This document shows, one piece after another, positions 9,249 to 19,421 of a stretch of DNA of 32,000 nucleotides. A program made the translations under genes and the position numbers. The stretch is from Hyperthermus butylicus DSM 5456 (GTDB lineage: Archaea > Thermoproteota > Thermoprotei_A > Sulfolobales > Pyrodictiaceae). The notes under the pieces were generated by a model that worked only from the letters and a program-made list of their open reading frames with translations, made no database searches and was not told the DNA's origin. Each line of letters opens with the position of its first letter. Position 1 is the stretch's first letter. Location: positions 660,001 through 692,000 of the forward strand of contig NC_008818.1 in the NCBI RefSeq assembly GCF_000015145.1, given 5' to 3'.

Positions 9249-10000
9249 ATAGCGACATAGTGCTCCGCGTTGAGAACCTCTGGAAGAGCTTTGGCAGCCA
9301 GACGGTGCTCCGGGGCGTCAGCTTTACGGTCCGCCGCGGAGAGGTAAAGGTGATTATCGGGCCCTCGGGCTCGGGGAAGTCCACGCTCCTCCGCTGCATT
9401 AACCTCCTGGTGAGACCCGACCGTGGCAGGATAGAGCTGGAAGGCATTGAGGTCTACCCGAGGCCGGCGATGAAGATTAACAAGATACGCGAGAGGATAG
9501 GCTTCGTCTTCCAGCAGTTCAACCTATTCATGCACCTTACAGCCCTCGACAACGTGAGGATAGGCCTGGTGAAGGTCAAGAAGCTCCCGCCAGAGGAGGC
9601 CACGAGGAGGGCGGTTGAGGCACTGAAGATGGTTGGCATAACCGAGGATCTCTGGCACAAGTACCCTGCACAGCTTAGTGGTGGGCAGCAGCAGAGAGTA
9701 GCCATAGCAAGAGCGATCGCCATGGAGCCCTCCATAATACTCATGGACGAGCCGACCTCGGCCCTCGACCCAGAGCTCGTCGGGGAAGTGCTAAAGGTGA
9801 TCGAGGAGCTTGCAAGGAGGAGGACAACGATGCTGATAGTGACTCATGAGCTGGACTTTGCCCTCGAAGCAGCGGACGAGATAATGGTGCTCGACCAGGG
9901 CGTCATAGTTGAGAGGGGGAGCCCAGAGGAGATACTGAGAAACCCCAAGCACGAGCGTACAAGGCGCTTCATCGAGAGGATTGCCAGGAGGAGGCACTAG
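9245..10000 (+). CDS. Polar amino-acid ABC transporter, ATP-binding protein (GlnQ type)
   Basis: Walker A GPSGSGKST, LSGGQQQRVAIARAIAMEPSIILMDEPTSALDPELVGEVL, H-switch THELDFA. 4-nt overlap with the upstream permease. Confidence 0.96.
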   Translation: MNSDIVLRVENLWKSFGSQTVLRGVSFTVRRGEVKVIIGPSGSGKSTLLRCINLLVRPDRGRIELEGIEVYPRPAMKINKIRERIGFVFQQFNLFMHLTALDNVRIGLVKVKKLPPEEATRRAVEALKMVGITEDLWHKYPAQLSGGQQQRVAIARAIAMEPSIILMDEPTSALDPELVGEVLKVIEELARRRTTMLIVTHELDFALEAADEIMVLDQGVIVERGSPEEILRNPKHERTRRFIERIARRRH

Positions 10001-10003
10001 GCC

Positions 10004-10705
10004 TTGGAGCTGCTGCAACGTATAGCAGAGCTGCTCTCGGAGCCCCGCTATGTGAGCCTACTCGCCGAAGGCATACGGAACACGCTCATACTCACAGCAG
10101 CCTCCTTCACTATGGGCTTCGCACTCGGAACCCTCATAGCGATTGGTAGGCTCTACGGCCCCAGGCCCCTCCGCTGGCTCCTAGCCGGCTACGTCGAGCT
10201 GATACGTGGCACGCCAATGCTGCTCCAGCTCTTCATACTATACTACGCGCTCCCCCAGGCCGGGATAAGCCTTGCCGCCATGACAGCCGCTATACTCGGC
10301 ATGGGCCTCAACAGCGCAGCATACCAGTCCGAGTATCTCCGTGCCTCCCTACGCGCAGTCCACACGGGACAGTGGGAAGCAGCCCTAGCCCTAGGCATGA
10401 CCAGGTGGCAAGCAATAACCAGCATCATACTCCCAATAGGGCTCCGCACAGCAATACCAGCACTAACCAACGAGCTAGTATACCTCCTCAAATATTCCTC
10501 AATAGCCTACTTCCTAGCAGTGGTAGAGCTCGTCTACGCTGGCAAGATAATAGGCTCGGAGACCTTCGCCTACCTCGAAGTCTACACGATCATAGCACTA
10601 GTCTACCTAGCATTCTCCCTAGCAATAACAAGGACCATGAAACGGCTCGAAAAGAAGGTCGCCATACCAGGCCTAGCTGTTAGCGCGGCTGAGAGGCTGC
10701 AATAA
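10004..10705 (+). CDS. Polar amino-acid ABC transporter, permease 2
   Basis: GIRNTLILTAASFTMGFALGTLIAIGRLYGPRPLRWLLAGYVELIRGTPMLLQLFILYYALPQAGISLAAMTAAILGMGLNSAAYQSEYLRASLRAVHTGQWEAALALGMTRWQAI. Immediately follows the ATPase. Confidence 0.93.
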   Translation: MELLQRIAELLSEPRYVSLLAEGIRNTLILTAASFTMGFALGTLIAIGRLYGPRPLRWLLAGYVELIRGTPMLLQLFILYYALPQAGISLAAMTAAILGMGLNSAAYQSEYLRASLRAVHTGQWEAALALGMTRWQAITSIILPIGLRTAIPALTNELVYLLKYSSIAYFLAVVELVYAGKIIGSETFAYLEVYTIIALVYLAFSLAITRTMKRLEKKVAIPGLAVSAAERLQ

Positions 10706-10833
10706 GCTCCACCCGGCTTGACAAGACTTGGCAATCCCAACATACTGCTTATCGGTGCCTACCCAGCCTCCCGGGGGTATCTTTCCATGTTTGATACATG
10801 CATCCCGGCTATTGGGCCCAATTGTAGGGGCAG

Positions 10834-11385
10834 CTAGTTGGCTAGGAGGCCTCGTGATTCCCGGGCCGTGACGCCGCCGTGTATGCTGCATAGCTTCCAG
10901 TGTATCGTGTAGAGTGTGTAGCTGATCATCGTTATGATGGCTGAGAGCTGCTCAGCCAGGTCTCTCGGTACGAGCCCCTCTTCTACGGCCTTGGAGATGC
11001 TTCTCTCGGCTGCGCGGAGCTTAACCGATGCAAGCACTATGTCGGGGTCGCCCGGCCCGCAGCCAGTAAGGCTCCAGCCCCCGGGCTCGTCGAGGCCCTC
11101 ACCAGCCTCGATGACAGGCTTAACGGCGTCCTCTGGCTTTATAGCGCCGGCTAGGACTGCTGGTAGCAGCCTGATAGCCCTCTGTATCCTCTCGAGCCTC
11201 CAGACAAGCTCTTGGGGTACCTCCATTCTTGCACGTGCTATTAGCGCCTCAGCCTCCTCCATGTAGCCATAGGCTTCGATTACCGGGCTATGTTTTGGCA
11301 CAATGATGGTCTTACCGGCTACTAGCGCCTCTGTGTAGAGCCCCGTGCAGCCTGGCTTATCGGTCTTCTGCACAGGAGTTAGCAC
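10834..11385 (-). CDS. Divergent ATP:cob(I)alamin adenosyltransferase-like (PduO-type) protein
   Basis: KTDKPGCTGLYTEALVAGKTIIVPKHSPVIEAYGYMEEAEALIARAR resembles the PduO N-terminal motif GD.G.T.L..G..V.K....vEA.G..DE. C-terminal region is weakly similar. Confidence 0.5.
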   Translation of the reverse strand: MLTPVQKTDKPGCTGLYTEALVAGKTIIVPKHSPVIEAYGYMEEAEALIARARMEVPQELVWRLERIQRAIRLLPAVLAGAIKPEDAVKPVIEAGEGLDEPGGWSLTGCGPGDPDIVLASVKLRAAERSISKAVEEGLVPRDLAEQLSAIITMISYTLYTIHWKLCSIHGGVTARESRGLLAN

Positions 11386-11579
11386 CCAGGTAACACCATA
11401 TAAGGCTACAGGGATAAATCCAGTGTGCTAGTCAGCACCATGACGCAGTAGAGGCAAGAAGTGCGAACCAGCCACTACCGCCACGGGGCATGGCTAGATT
11501 CTGGGGCAGGCACGGCGCTGCACCGTGCGAGAGAACAGTGTTTTCGCCTATAGCCATGCCTGGCTCTGGGAAGTGCTGC

Positions 11580-12296
11580 CTAGACGGTTACGGGTGCTGC
11601 TGGCAGTATGCCTGCAGCGTGTGCAGCTAGCAGTATTGCGAGGCTTACCAGTGGCACACTAATATTATCATCTATGAGGCCCTGCTTCTCTACCAATGCC
11701 GCGATTATCGCTGTGAGCGCGCCTACAACGCCGAATATCGCGGCACCGACAGGTATTGATACAGCCATGAAGCCTATGGTGCCATCCCAGCTCTTTACGC
11801 GGCGCCTCTGCCTTATCCCCCTGATTATCCCGGTTACACCGTCGCCAAAGCTCATTAGGAATAGTGGGAACACGGCTAGCCAGACATTGAGGGGCCAGGC
11901 TACGAGCACCGCTAGTCCCCAGCTGAGGCAGTAGTAGACCTCGCTGATATTGCTCGGATCCTGGAACCACTCCATCAGCTTGCCAGTCCTGTGCGGCATG
12001 TATACGTAGGCTGCGAGGGCGAGGCCTAGGAGGAATGGTATCCAGGGCTCGCGGAACACGAACGGTAAGAGCAGCGCTACGACGCCACCGGCAGCCATGT
12101 GGATAACCTTCCTAGCAAAGTAAACCCCGACGCTCTCGCCCCACCTAGCCTTGGCCCACTCGTAGCTCCACCGGGCAAGCCCATACACGACAAATAGTAC
12201 CCAGGCTGCGAGCGGCAGGCTCCGTAGGAGATCACTGATCAAAAGCCCGGGCTCGACAGCATAAGCGTCGAGCACCGACACGGCTCCAAGCCCCAC
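11580..12296 (-). CDS. Dolichol kinase / phosphatidate cytidylyltransferase-like integral membrane protein
   Basis: RKVIHMAAGGVVALLLPF...ISEVYYCLSWGLAVLVAW...PLFLMSFGDGVTGIIRGIRQRRRVKSWDGTIGFMAVSIPVGA. The SFGDG..RG......K.W.GT.G arrangement and multiple TM segments fit the family. Confidence 0.7.
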   Translation of the reverse strand: MGLGAVSVLDAYAVEPGLLISDLLRSLPLAAWVLFVVYGLARWSYEWAKARWGESVGVYFARKVIHMAAGGVVALLLPFVFREPWIPFLLGLALAAYVYMPHRTGKLMEWFQDPSNISEVYYCLSWGLAVLVAWPLNVWLAVFPLFLMSFGDGVTGIIRGIRQRRRVKSWDGTIGFMAVSIPVGAAIFGVVGALTAIIAALVEKQGLIDDNISVPLVSLAILLAAHAAGILPAAPVTV

Positions 12297-12347
12297 ACGG
12301 GCTCCAGGGAGGACGGAATTGGTGGGGCAAATAAGGAGTTCAACCAG

Positions 12348-12662
12348 CTAGTTTCTAGGCTCCTCCACCGGTCTCAGCCTATAGAGTGGCCTGCCGTTAA
12401 CAACTACTCTCTCGACAAGCCCCATAGCTGTTAGTTTCTGGAGCTTCCTCCACACAACAGACTTGCCCAAGGCAAGCCTCCTAGCAATCTCACTCACACC
12501 TATAACACCCTCCCTAGCCAGGAGATGCAGGATAGCCTTATCCCGGTCGTCGAGTACACCCTCTCCCAGCACGACCTCTGGTCCCCCAGCAGCTTGGCTC
12601 GAAGCCGTTGAGCCGCCATTCCTGCCACTAGTCTTAGCTATCATGGCTTTCTCCGGCCTCAC
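12348..12662 (-). CDS. Winged-helix transcriptional regulator (MarR/TrmB-like)
   Basis: LDDRDKAILHLLAREGVIGVSEIARRLALGKSVVWRKLQKLTAMGLVERVVVNGRPLYRL, canonical wHTH pattern. Confidence 0.75.
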   Translation of the reverse strand: MRPEKAMIAKTSGRNGGSTASSQAAGGPEVVLGEGVLDDRDKAILHLLAREGVIGVSEIARRLALGKSVVWRKLQKLTAMGLVERVVVNGRPLYRLRPVEEPRN

Positions 12663-13238
12663 CAGGAAATAGCATGGCCATGCACACCTACAAATACCCC
12701 TCCATAATCAAGCCCGGACACTAAAACACCACCCTTGGCCCCGGCTGTGCCTCGCCCATAGCTACACCATGGCGGCAACTGGTACTAGGATGGTGGACTG
12801 CGGGGGTAGGGGTGCCTTTAGGGGGAATACTAAGTTGCTCTTTGAGCCAACCAACCTCTAAATGATGTCCTAGAGGCGCCCGAAGAGCCTGAGCTAGAAC
12901 CAGACAATGGCAAACTGGATACGGCTCGGGACCCTGCGGAGGCTGCAGGGGGTGTCAAGATCTATTCCCTCCTCCTCTACGTCTACGTGGTGGCCTTGCA
13001 GCTCGAGGCAGCGCTGATAGGCTGTGCTGCGGAGCTATGCGTTGGTAGACCCCTTTTGCCTGCCTTTAGACCGATTTGCATATGCTGGGAGTGGAGAAGA
13101 AGCCTTGTAATCAACGCGATCTATGCTCTCGACGGTGTTATCCACGAGTATCTCGACGAGGTAAAGGCTGCTACCTCGAAAAGAGTGAGGAGGACCAGCT
13201 GTGAGATGCTATCAAGCCATGGCGGAGAGCCGGGTATC

Positions 13239-13691
13239 CTAGCACGTGACGTGGAATACTGCTAAGACACGGTGTCCCTCCCCTGCCAGCCTGTTATACT
13301 CCTCTATGGCTTGGCGTGTTGGCTTCAACACCAGCTTTGCACGGGCTGAGAATAACTCCTTAGCATCGTCTTCGACGGGTAGTGCTCCGTACTGACCCGT
13401 GCCGATGACAATGTAGTCTACCTGGCCTGCCTTGGATAGTATGTGCTCAGCCTCCCTCCGGCTGAGGGGTGTGTGTCCATAGACGTTCTTCCTGCTGGAG
13501 GAGAGGTATTTCGGTCTACGAGCAACAGTGCCATCAGGGTATATTACGACGTCATACTCGTAGCATGCACCGTTGATAACTATGTAGCCAAAACCTGTGC
13601 CCTCAACCCGCGGCTGCACCACAGCCCCGCCCCTCCACAACTCCACGCCATGGAATGTGTGGGCTCGCCTTCTCTCGATCGTGTGGGCCAA
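13239..13691 (-). CDS. Mth938-like domain (DUF498) protein
   Basis: FGYIVINGACYEYDVVIYPDGTVARRPK...HTPLSRREAEHILSKAGQVDYIVIGTGQYGALPVEDDAKELF matches the Mth938/NDUFAF3-like pattern. Confidence 0.75.
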   Translation of the reverse strand: MAHTIERRRAHTFHGVELWRGGAVVQPRVEGTGFGYIVINGACYEYDVVIYPDGTVARRPKYLSSSRKNVYGHTPLSRREAEHILSKAGQVDYIVIGTGQYGALPVEDDAKELFSARAKLVLKPTRQAIEEYNRLAGEGHRVLAVFHVTC

Positions 13692-13775
13692 CTGTACACT
13701 GGGCTGGTGTCGGAGAATTTAACGACGCTACAGAATTTTTCAGGTTGCCCTTGGGAGTGTGTCCTGGTGGCCGAT

Positions 13776-14291
13776 ATGCTTGTAGGCCTTGTAAGTGATA
13801 CCCACGACGACGTCTCCGCAGCTCGTCGTGCAGCTGAGGTATTCTCTCGGCACGGCGTCGAAGTCGTACTACACCTTGGCGATGTTGTTGCGCCCTTTAC
13901 ACTGAAGGTGTTTGGAGAGGCTGGGATAAGGAGGCTCTACGCCGTCTACGGTAACAATTGCGGCGAGAGGCTAGGCCTTCAGAGGCTAGCGGTCCAGTAC
14001 GGCTACCGTATCGAGGAGTGGCCCCTGCTCGTGGAGGCTGGTAACCGTAGAATACTCATGCTCCACGGCGTGGGAAGCCAGGAGAAAACACGGGAGCTCG
14101 TAGAGGCTCTCGCTGCGAGCCAGCGCTACGACGTAGTAGCCTACGGGCACACCCACCAGGTTGATGTGAGGAGGGTCGGCGGGGTTCTCGTGGTTAACCC
14201 TGGCGAGGCGTGTGGCTGCTTAACCGGGAGAAAGACTGTGGCGATACTTGATACCGAGACTCTTAGCGTCGAAATAGTGGAGCTGAGCTAG
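13776..14291 (+). CDS. YfcE/MJ0936-type metallophosphoesterase
   Basis: MLVGLVSDTHDD...VVLHLGDVV...YAVYGNNCGE...ILMLHGVG...VVAYGHTHQVDVRRVGGVLVVNPGEA. Start set at the internal ATG 13776 instead of the long ORF start. Confidence 0.9.
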   Translation: MLVGLVSDTHDDVSAARRAAEVFSRHGVEVVLHLGDVVAPFTLKVFGEAGIRRLYAVYGNNCGERLGLQRLAVQYGYRIEEWPLLVEAGNRRILMLHGVGSQEKTRELVEALAASQRYDVVAYGHTHQVDVRRVGGVLVVNPGEACGCLTGRKTVAILDTETLSVEIVELS

Positions 14292-14857
14292 GCTTCACCG
14301 TGAGCCTCAACTACCAGCACATCCACCCTATGGCTTAGCGATATGACCTTGCTGGAGACGCTTCCAAGTATCAGCCTCTCCAGGCTACCCCTGCCACGGC
14401 GCCCCACTACTATCAGGTCGCACCCGTTCTCTTCTGCATAGCGTACCAGCTCCTCAGCTTGATCCCCAACCAGGAGAACATGCTTGACGTGCTCGAGGCC
14501 AGCTGCCTCCCTAACCTCGCGGACGAGCGCCTCAAGACTCTTGCGGGCCTGCTCCTCGAACATAGACATGTCAATATGCTCTGGCACCATGAGCTCGCCA
14601 AGGAACACTGTTGGCGGCGGTATCACGGTCGCAATGACAAGCTTTGAGCCGAGAGCCTTAGCTATCTCTATAGCCCTATTAACCGCTCTACGAGAGGCAT
14701 TACTACCATCGTAGCCCACAAGGATGCAGCTATACGGCACCCGGCTACCCCAAGTCAAACCGCGAAGACGAGGGATTATAGCTTCTAGCCCAGCAGCTAC
14801 ACGACTATACAGTGCGCTAGAGCCTACCGCCTCCCACCGGCAAGAGCGGGCCTTCAC
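14288..14857 (-). CDS. Universal stress protein (UspA family)
   Basis: YSCILVGYDGSNASRRAVNRAIEIAKALGSKLVIATVIPP...LIVVGRRGRGSLERLILGSVSSKVISLSHRVDVLVV. Confidence 0.9.
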   Translation of the reverse strand: MKARSCRWEAVGSSALYSRVAAGLEAIIPRLRGLTWGSRVPYSCILVGYDGSNASRRAVNRAIEIAKALGSKLVIATVIPPPTVFLGELMVPEHIDMSMFEEQARKSLEALVREVREAAGLEHVKHVLLVGDQAEELVRYAEENGCDLIVVGRRGRGSLERLILGSVSSKVISLSHRVDVLVVEAHGEA

Positions 14858-15392
14858 ACGAATAGTGCTGGAAGCCAGCGGGAGGAATGGAGCTGCTCTA
14901 AGTATTATAGGACGAGCAATTACTCCAGCATCCTCACCACGTCAAGATGGCTTGTAGAGACGTAGCCTAGCCTGCACGCCCTCGTATCTTCATCTAGCGC
15001 ATTGGTCACCACTATGACCGGGAGTGTCGTAACCCATAGCTTTGAGTAAGCCTGCAATGGATTAGTCTGGGGTGAGCAGCTGTACACCGATTAGCCTTTG
15101 CGGCCGCGTAGGACATGCTACTGGAGGGATCGCGATGGCCAGCAGCGTAGATGGAGAATCGGTGATCCAAAAGCCCGCATCGTCTCAGTTGTTTGAGGGA
15201 ATAAAGCATCCGAAAACCGGGAATATACCTGGAGTAAATCCGAAGCCTCATCCTTGGTTTGAGGAAAGAGGGGTATAGAATACCGGATTCTTGGCCATCA
15301 AAAGGATAAAAAAGGAGTAGATGAAAATAGGAAATAAAATGGAAATCACAAACACATAACAGCATCAAATACCTGGTGATTGGTGACTATAG

Positions 15393-16726
15393 TTGCGCCA
15401 CGGTCACAACCATTCTATGCACATGGGCAACGAACATACAGATCACAGTATGCATGATAAGCATAGAGATCATGAGGGACACGATACGCATGAAGGTCAC
15501 GGCATAGCAGTAGTTACCCCCATGGAGCACCATAAGGCTATGATAAGAGACTATAAGAGGAGATTCCTTGTATAATCAATCCTCACCATACCCGTTCTAC
15601 TCATATCGCCAGAGGTGCAGGGCGCCCTAGGTTTCAAGCTAGTATTTCCAGGACAATCACTGCTACTATGGCTGTTATCGTCAGTCATTTACTTCTATGG
15701 AGGCTACCCATTCCTTAGAGGGCTTTTGAATGAGCTAAGGAATAGATTGCCTGGCATGATGACACTAATCGGTGTAGCTATAACGGTTGCGTATCTGTAC
15801 AGCACTTTAGTTGTATTCCTAATTCCCGGCAAGACCTTCTTCTGGGAGCTAGCTACACTAATCGACGTAATGCTGCTTGGGCACTGGATTGAGATGAAGA
15901 GCCTCCTAGGAGCTTCTAGAGCACTAGAGAAGCTAGCCAAGGCGTTACCTACTACAGCCCATCTAGTCAAGAATGGAAGCTACGTTGATGTATATGTTTC
16001 CATGATTAAACCCGGCGATAAGATCCTTGTTAAGCCGGGAGAGAAGATACCCGTTGACGGGATTATCGTTGAGGGCGAAACTAGCGTCGACGAGTCGCTC
16101 ATTACTGGCGAGTCGAGGCCCGCGTATAAGAAGCCTGGAGATAAGGTTCTTGCTGGCACGATAAACCTTGATGGCTCCATAATAGTTGAGGCTCTCGGTG
16201 TTGGAAAGGATACCTACCTGGCGCAGGTCATAGAGCTTGTTAAGGATATTCAGATGAGCAAATCTAGGGCGCAGGATCTAGCTAAGCGTGTCGCCGAGGA
16301 GCTAGGCATAGACGAGTACTATGCTGAGGTTCTCCCCATGAGAAGGTTGAGGTTGTGAAGAGGGTGAAGGCTGGAGGATACGTAACTGCCATGGTGGGTG
16401 ACGGGGTTAACGATGCTCCTGCCCTAATGGAGGCTGATGTAGGCATAGCTATTGGGGCTGGAACTGACATCGCTATCGAGTCAGCTGATGTGATACTGGT
16501 GAAGAATGGCCCGAGAGACGTTGTCAAGGTGATAGAGCTGTCCAGGAAGACCTACAGGAAGATAAAGCAGAACCTGCTATGGGCGACAGGCTACAACGCG
16601 TTCGCAATACCTGCAGCGGCGGGAGCACTGTACGGTATAGGATTCCTCCTACCGCCAGCCCTGGGAGCACTACTCATGTCACTAAGCACGGTAATCGTTG
16701 CTATAAACGCGAGCCTCTTGAGATGA
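15393..16726 (+). pseudogene. copB: CopB-type copper P1B ATPase, degraded: premature stop, large internal deletion, frameshift
   Basis: His-rich N-terminus RHGHNHSMHMGNEHTDHSMH...EHHKAMIRDYKRRFLV* then in the same frame SILTIPVLLISPEVQG...IDVMLLGHWIEMKSL...TGESRPAYKKPGD...SKSRAQDLA, then abruptly [18 protein letters not shown]. The next frame gives [45 protein letters not shown]. Confidence 0.92.
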
Positions 16727-17161
16727 TAGGGTTCAGTACCGAAGTTTTTGACCAGCTACAATTCTATTATTTCGTTCGTCTCAACAAGATTAAACATAGC
16801 ATGGGAGCCTGGCTCTCTACCAGCTGGGTGGTAGTCATTAGTGATGAATCCTAGTGTGCCGTGGGGGGCATCCATACCCTTGTGGTGTCTCGGCTGGATT
16901 GGCTACAGAACTAGAAAACATGGAGGGCTTTTCAGAGAATCGGCTGAGAATTGCTGGATATCCATGAGCGCCGTTGTAGTAGCTGCTCTCCGCTCCCGTA
17001 GATGCTGGTGCATCCGGCTCACATCCTCTTTCGGCGAATGAGGCCATGAATAGTCGTGCCGAGCTAGCATTCTTCCGTGTCTTCGCAATGTCCACGCTCA
17101 GGGATTGCATGTATTTAGTCTCGGTGCCTCCCTGGGGGGCCGTGGCTGGTGCTGGTGAACT

Positions 17162-18187
17162 GTGTTGGCTGCGCCTGCTGTGGAGGCTCTCGCGGGGGCT
17201 AGAAGAATCCACGTGGTGTCCCACGTGGATCTAGACGGTCTTGTTGCTGCTGCACTGCTGGCTAGGTGGGCTAGGCGTCGCGGCGTAGAGGTGGTGCACG
17301 ATGTTACTGGGGCTCGTGGCCTCTACAGGATGCTGAGGAGGGCGCTGCAGCTGGCAGCGGGTAGGCCCGGCACGGTGGTTGTTGCTGCTGACTTGGCGCC
17401 CCGTAGCCTCTCCGAGGCTGAGGCTCTCGCTGCAGCTCTCAACCCGAGGACAACGCTGCTATGGCTCGACCACCACGAGTGGCCCAGCGGTGCCCACGAG
17501 TCGCTAGAGAAGGCCGGAGCCATCATAGTGCATGACCGGTCCAAGACCACCGCGGAGATAGCATGTAGCCTCCTCAGCTGCTGGGGCGACGGCTACGAGA
17601 AGATGATTGTAGAGATCGCAAGGGCAGACGATGGCTGCAGCGATGACCCCTACGGGCTTGCCGACAAGTGGAGGCTGGTACTGCGCCACATCGGCTGGGA
17701 CGGGCTGAGGAGGGCTGCGGAGAGCCTTGCCTCGGGTGAGGCGTGGCCGGGCTGGGCCCGCGAGGTCTACGAGAGGGAGGCCCCGAGCTACTACCAGGAG
17801 ATACGGGAGAAAACCAGCGTTGAGAGGTACAGCTTCGAGGATGTAAGAGTGGCGGTGGTTACCCCGCCGCCTAGGGCTAGCGGCTGTGACGTGCAACGCT
17901 TCGGGCCAAGCCTAGGCCCCGGCGACGCCGACGTGGTTGTCATCCTTTACCCGCGCGGCATGAGTATTAGAACATGGGGTAGGCTCAACGCGAACTGTAT
18001 CGCCTCAAAGCTCGGCGGCGGAGGCCACAGCCACGTAGCAGGAGCACCAAGGCCGTCACAGTCGATGAGCTCGGCACAGATAGCCCGGATGGTGGCGAGA
18101 GCCGCCCTAGACTGTATGGAGCCCAGTACTGCGGGACAGAGCGTGGATGCGGCTGGCACATCTCCAGGCAACCCAGCCCGTATATAG
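17162..18187 (+). CDS. DHH-family phosphoesterase
   Basis: HVVSHVDLDGLVAAALLARW...VVVAADLAPRSLSEAEALA...TTLLWLDHHEWP...AGAIIVHDRSKTTAEI...NCIASKLGGGGHSHVAGA, with DHH and GGGH motifs. Confidence 0.88.
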   Translation: MLAAPAVEALAGARRIHVVSHVDLDGLVAAALLARWARRRGVEVVHDVTGARGLYRMLRRALQLAAGRPGTVVVAADLAPRSLSEAEALAAALNPRTTLLWLDHHEWPSGAHESLEKAGAIIVHDRSKTTAEIACSLLSCWGDGYEKMIVEIARADDGCSDDPYGLADKWRLVLRHIGWDGLRRAAESLASGEAWPGWAREVYEREAPSYYQEIREKTSVERYSFEDVRVAVVTPPPRASGCDVQRFGPSLGPGDADVVVILYPRGMSIRTWGRLNANCIASKLGGGGHSHVAGAPRPSQSMSSAQIARMVARAALDCMEPSTAGQSVDAAGTSPGNPARI

Positions 18188-18258
18188 CGTCGTGGTGTGC
18201 ATCTCCTTTCGCACTGGTTAAAAACGCGCAAGTTAACGCATACCAGTTCGGAGCGCAT

Positions 18259-18726
18259 GTGGTGAGACTCTTGACGGGCTATGGCGAAGACGTACACCAT
18301 GGTGGGCATGGAGCACATCACGACCCGGAGAAGATTAGGAGGGCCATTGAGGCGGCTAAGCAGCTGCCTAGAAAGCCGAAGCCCCAGGGCGTAGTACGCG
18401 TTGCTGCCGGCCTAGAAGAACACACAGGCCCCCGCAGTAGGGTTTCATGGAGCATTACTCACGCGCCATACCTGGCCATAGTCGATATAGCTGATGCAAA
18501 TATTGCTGACATCCTTGTAGCCCCCAACCCCCTCGCGGATATGAGGGGCGGCGTTGGAATCGCCATCGCTAGGTGGCTCATAGACAACAATGTCGACATC
18601 GTTGTTGTAGGACACATTGGCCACCATGCACTCGAAGCTATCAACGCGAAGAAGATAAAGATTGTACAGCCCATGCCGGGAGAAACCCTCGTCAACGTCC
18701 TCAGAAGGATAGGCTTGCTAGCCTAG
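18259..18726 (+). CDS. Dinitrogenase iron-molybdenum cofactor family (NifX/NifB-like) protein
   Basis: THAPYLAIVDIADANIADILVAPNPLADMRGGVGIAIARWLIDNNVDIVVVGHIGHHALEAINAKKIKIVQPMPGETLVNVL. His-rich N-terminus EDVHHGGHGAHHD. Confidence 0.8.
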   Translation: MVRLLTGYGEDVHHGGHGAHHDPEKIRRAIEAAKQLPRKPKPQGVVRVAAGLEEHTGPRSRVSWSITHAPYLAIVDIADANIADILVAPNPLADMRGGVGIAIARWLIDNNVDIVVVGHIGHHALEAINAKKIKIVQPMPGETLVNVLRRIGLLA

Positions 18727-18735
18727 ACGCCTACA

Positions 18736-18888
18736 ATGGAGGATATTAGGAGGCTCGAGGAAAGGCTGGACAAGAGGATTAGCTGCGTAGAAGAGCGGAT
18801 AGAGAGCCTCGTAAAATGGGTTGTAGGAATGCCAGCTACCATGTGGGCTACGCTAGCTGCAGTACTCATAGCCTCCCTCCTACGCTGA
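18736..18888 (+). CDS. Small coiled-coil plus transmembrane protein (50 aa)
   Basis: MEDIRRLEERLDKRISCVEERIESLVKWVVGMPATMWATLAAVLIASLLR. Heptad-like N-terminus followed by one hydrophobic segment; begins shortly after the preceding CDS. Confidence 0.6.
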   Translation: MEDIRRLEERLDKRISCVEERIESLVKWVVGMPATMWATLAAVLIASLLR

Positions 18889-19184
18889 CATCACGGCATT
18901 CTCACATATTGCTCCATATCGATGCAGCTATGGCTACTCGTTCTCGATAATTAACATTGAGTGTATCCACAATAACAACTCTCCTAGAGCGAATCGCATT
19001 ATATTAAACGCACATATAGCATTAAGCTGGACATATGCTAGCCTCTCTTCCACAAGAAGTTTCATGAATACCATTGGGGGTTCACGACAACCTGTTCACA
19101 GATATTGAGCGAGCCGACCTGGCATAGTACAGCTTCTGGTTTTATAGTGCCTAGTATACACACTGTATACGTGGATGTCTCTGG

Positions 19185-19412
19185 GTGAGCGTTGTTATTA
19201 GCGTCCGTGTGCCCCGCTGGGTTAAGGAGAAGCTGGAGGAGCACGGGGTAAACATAGCAGAGCTTGTCAGGAGGAAGCTTATAGAGGAAGCTCGGAGACT
19301 CGAAGAAGAGGAGCTTGATAGGGAGCTAGAGGAGGTTGGCCGGATTCTAGCTGAGAGGATTGACCCCTATGAGGTAGCGGTGCTAGTCAGAGAGGATCGC
19401 CGTAGCCGGTGA
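19185..19412 (+). CDS. vapB: VapB-like antitoxin
   Basis: SVVISVRVPRWVKEKLEEHGVNIAELVRRKLIEEARRLEEEELDRELEEVGRILAERIDPYEVAVLVREDRRSR is typical of crenarchaeal VapB. Lies 9 nt upstream of a PIN-domain ORF. Confidence 0.85.
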   Translation: MSVVISVRVPRWVKEKLEEHGVNIAELVRRKLIEEARRLEEEELDRELEEVGRILAERIDPYEVAVLVREDRRSR

Positions 19413-19421
19413 TCCTTAGCA

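Noticed and set aside
12987-13265. 92-aa ORF with MVALQLEAALIGCAAELCVGRPLLPAF...
   Set aside because: No recognisable motif and no convincing promoter or operon context; not strong enough to list as a gene.
15072-15278. 68-aa ORF ending EGIKHPKTGNIPGVNPKPHPWFEERGV
   Set aside because: The tail looks protein-like, but the first half does not and no family could be named. Left unannotated; a homology search would decide.
16838-17224. 128-aa minus-strand ORF opposite the start of the DHH phosphoesterase
   Set aside because: Ser/Pro/His-rich with no motif and overlapping a solid CDS; the 16727-17160 interval shows no supported coding on either strand.
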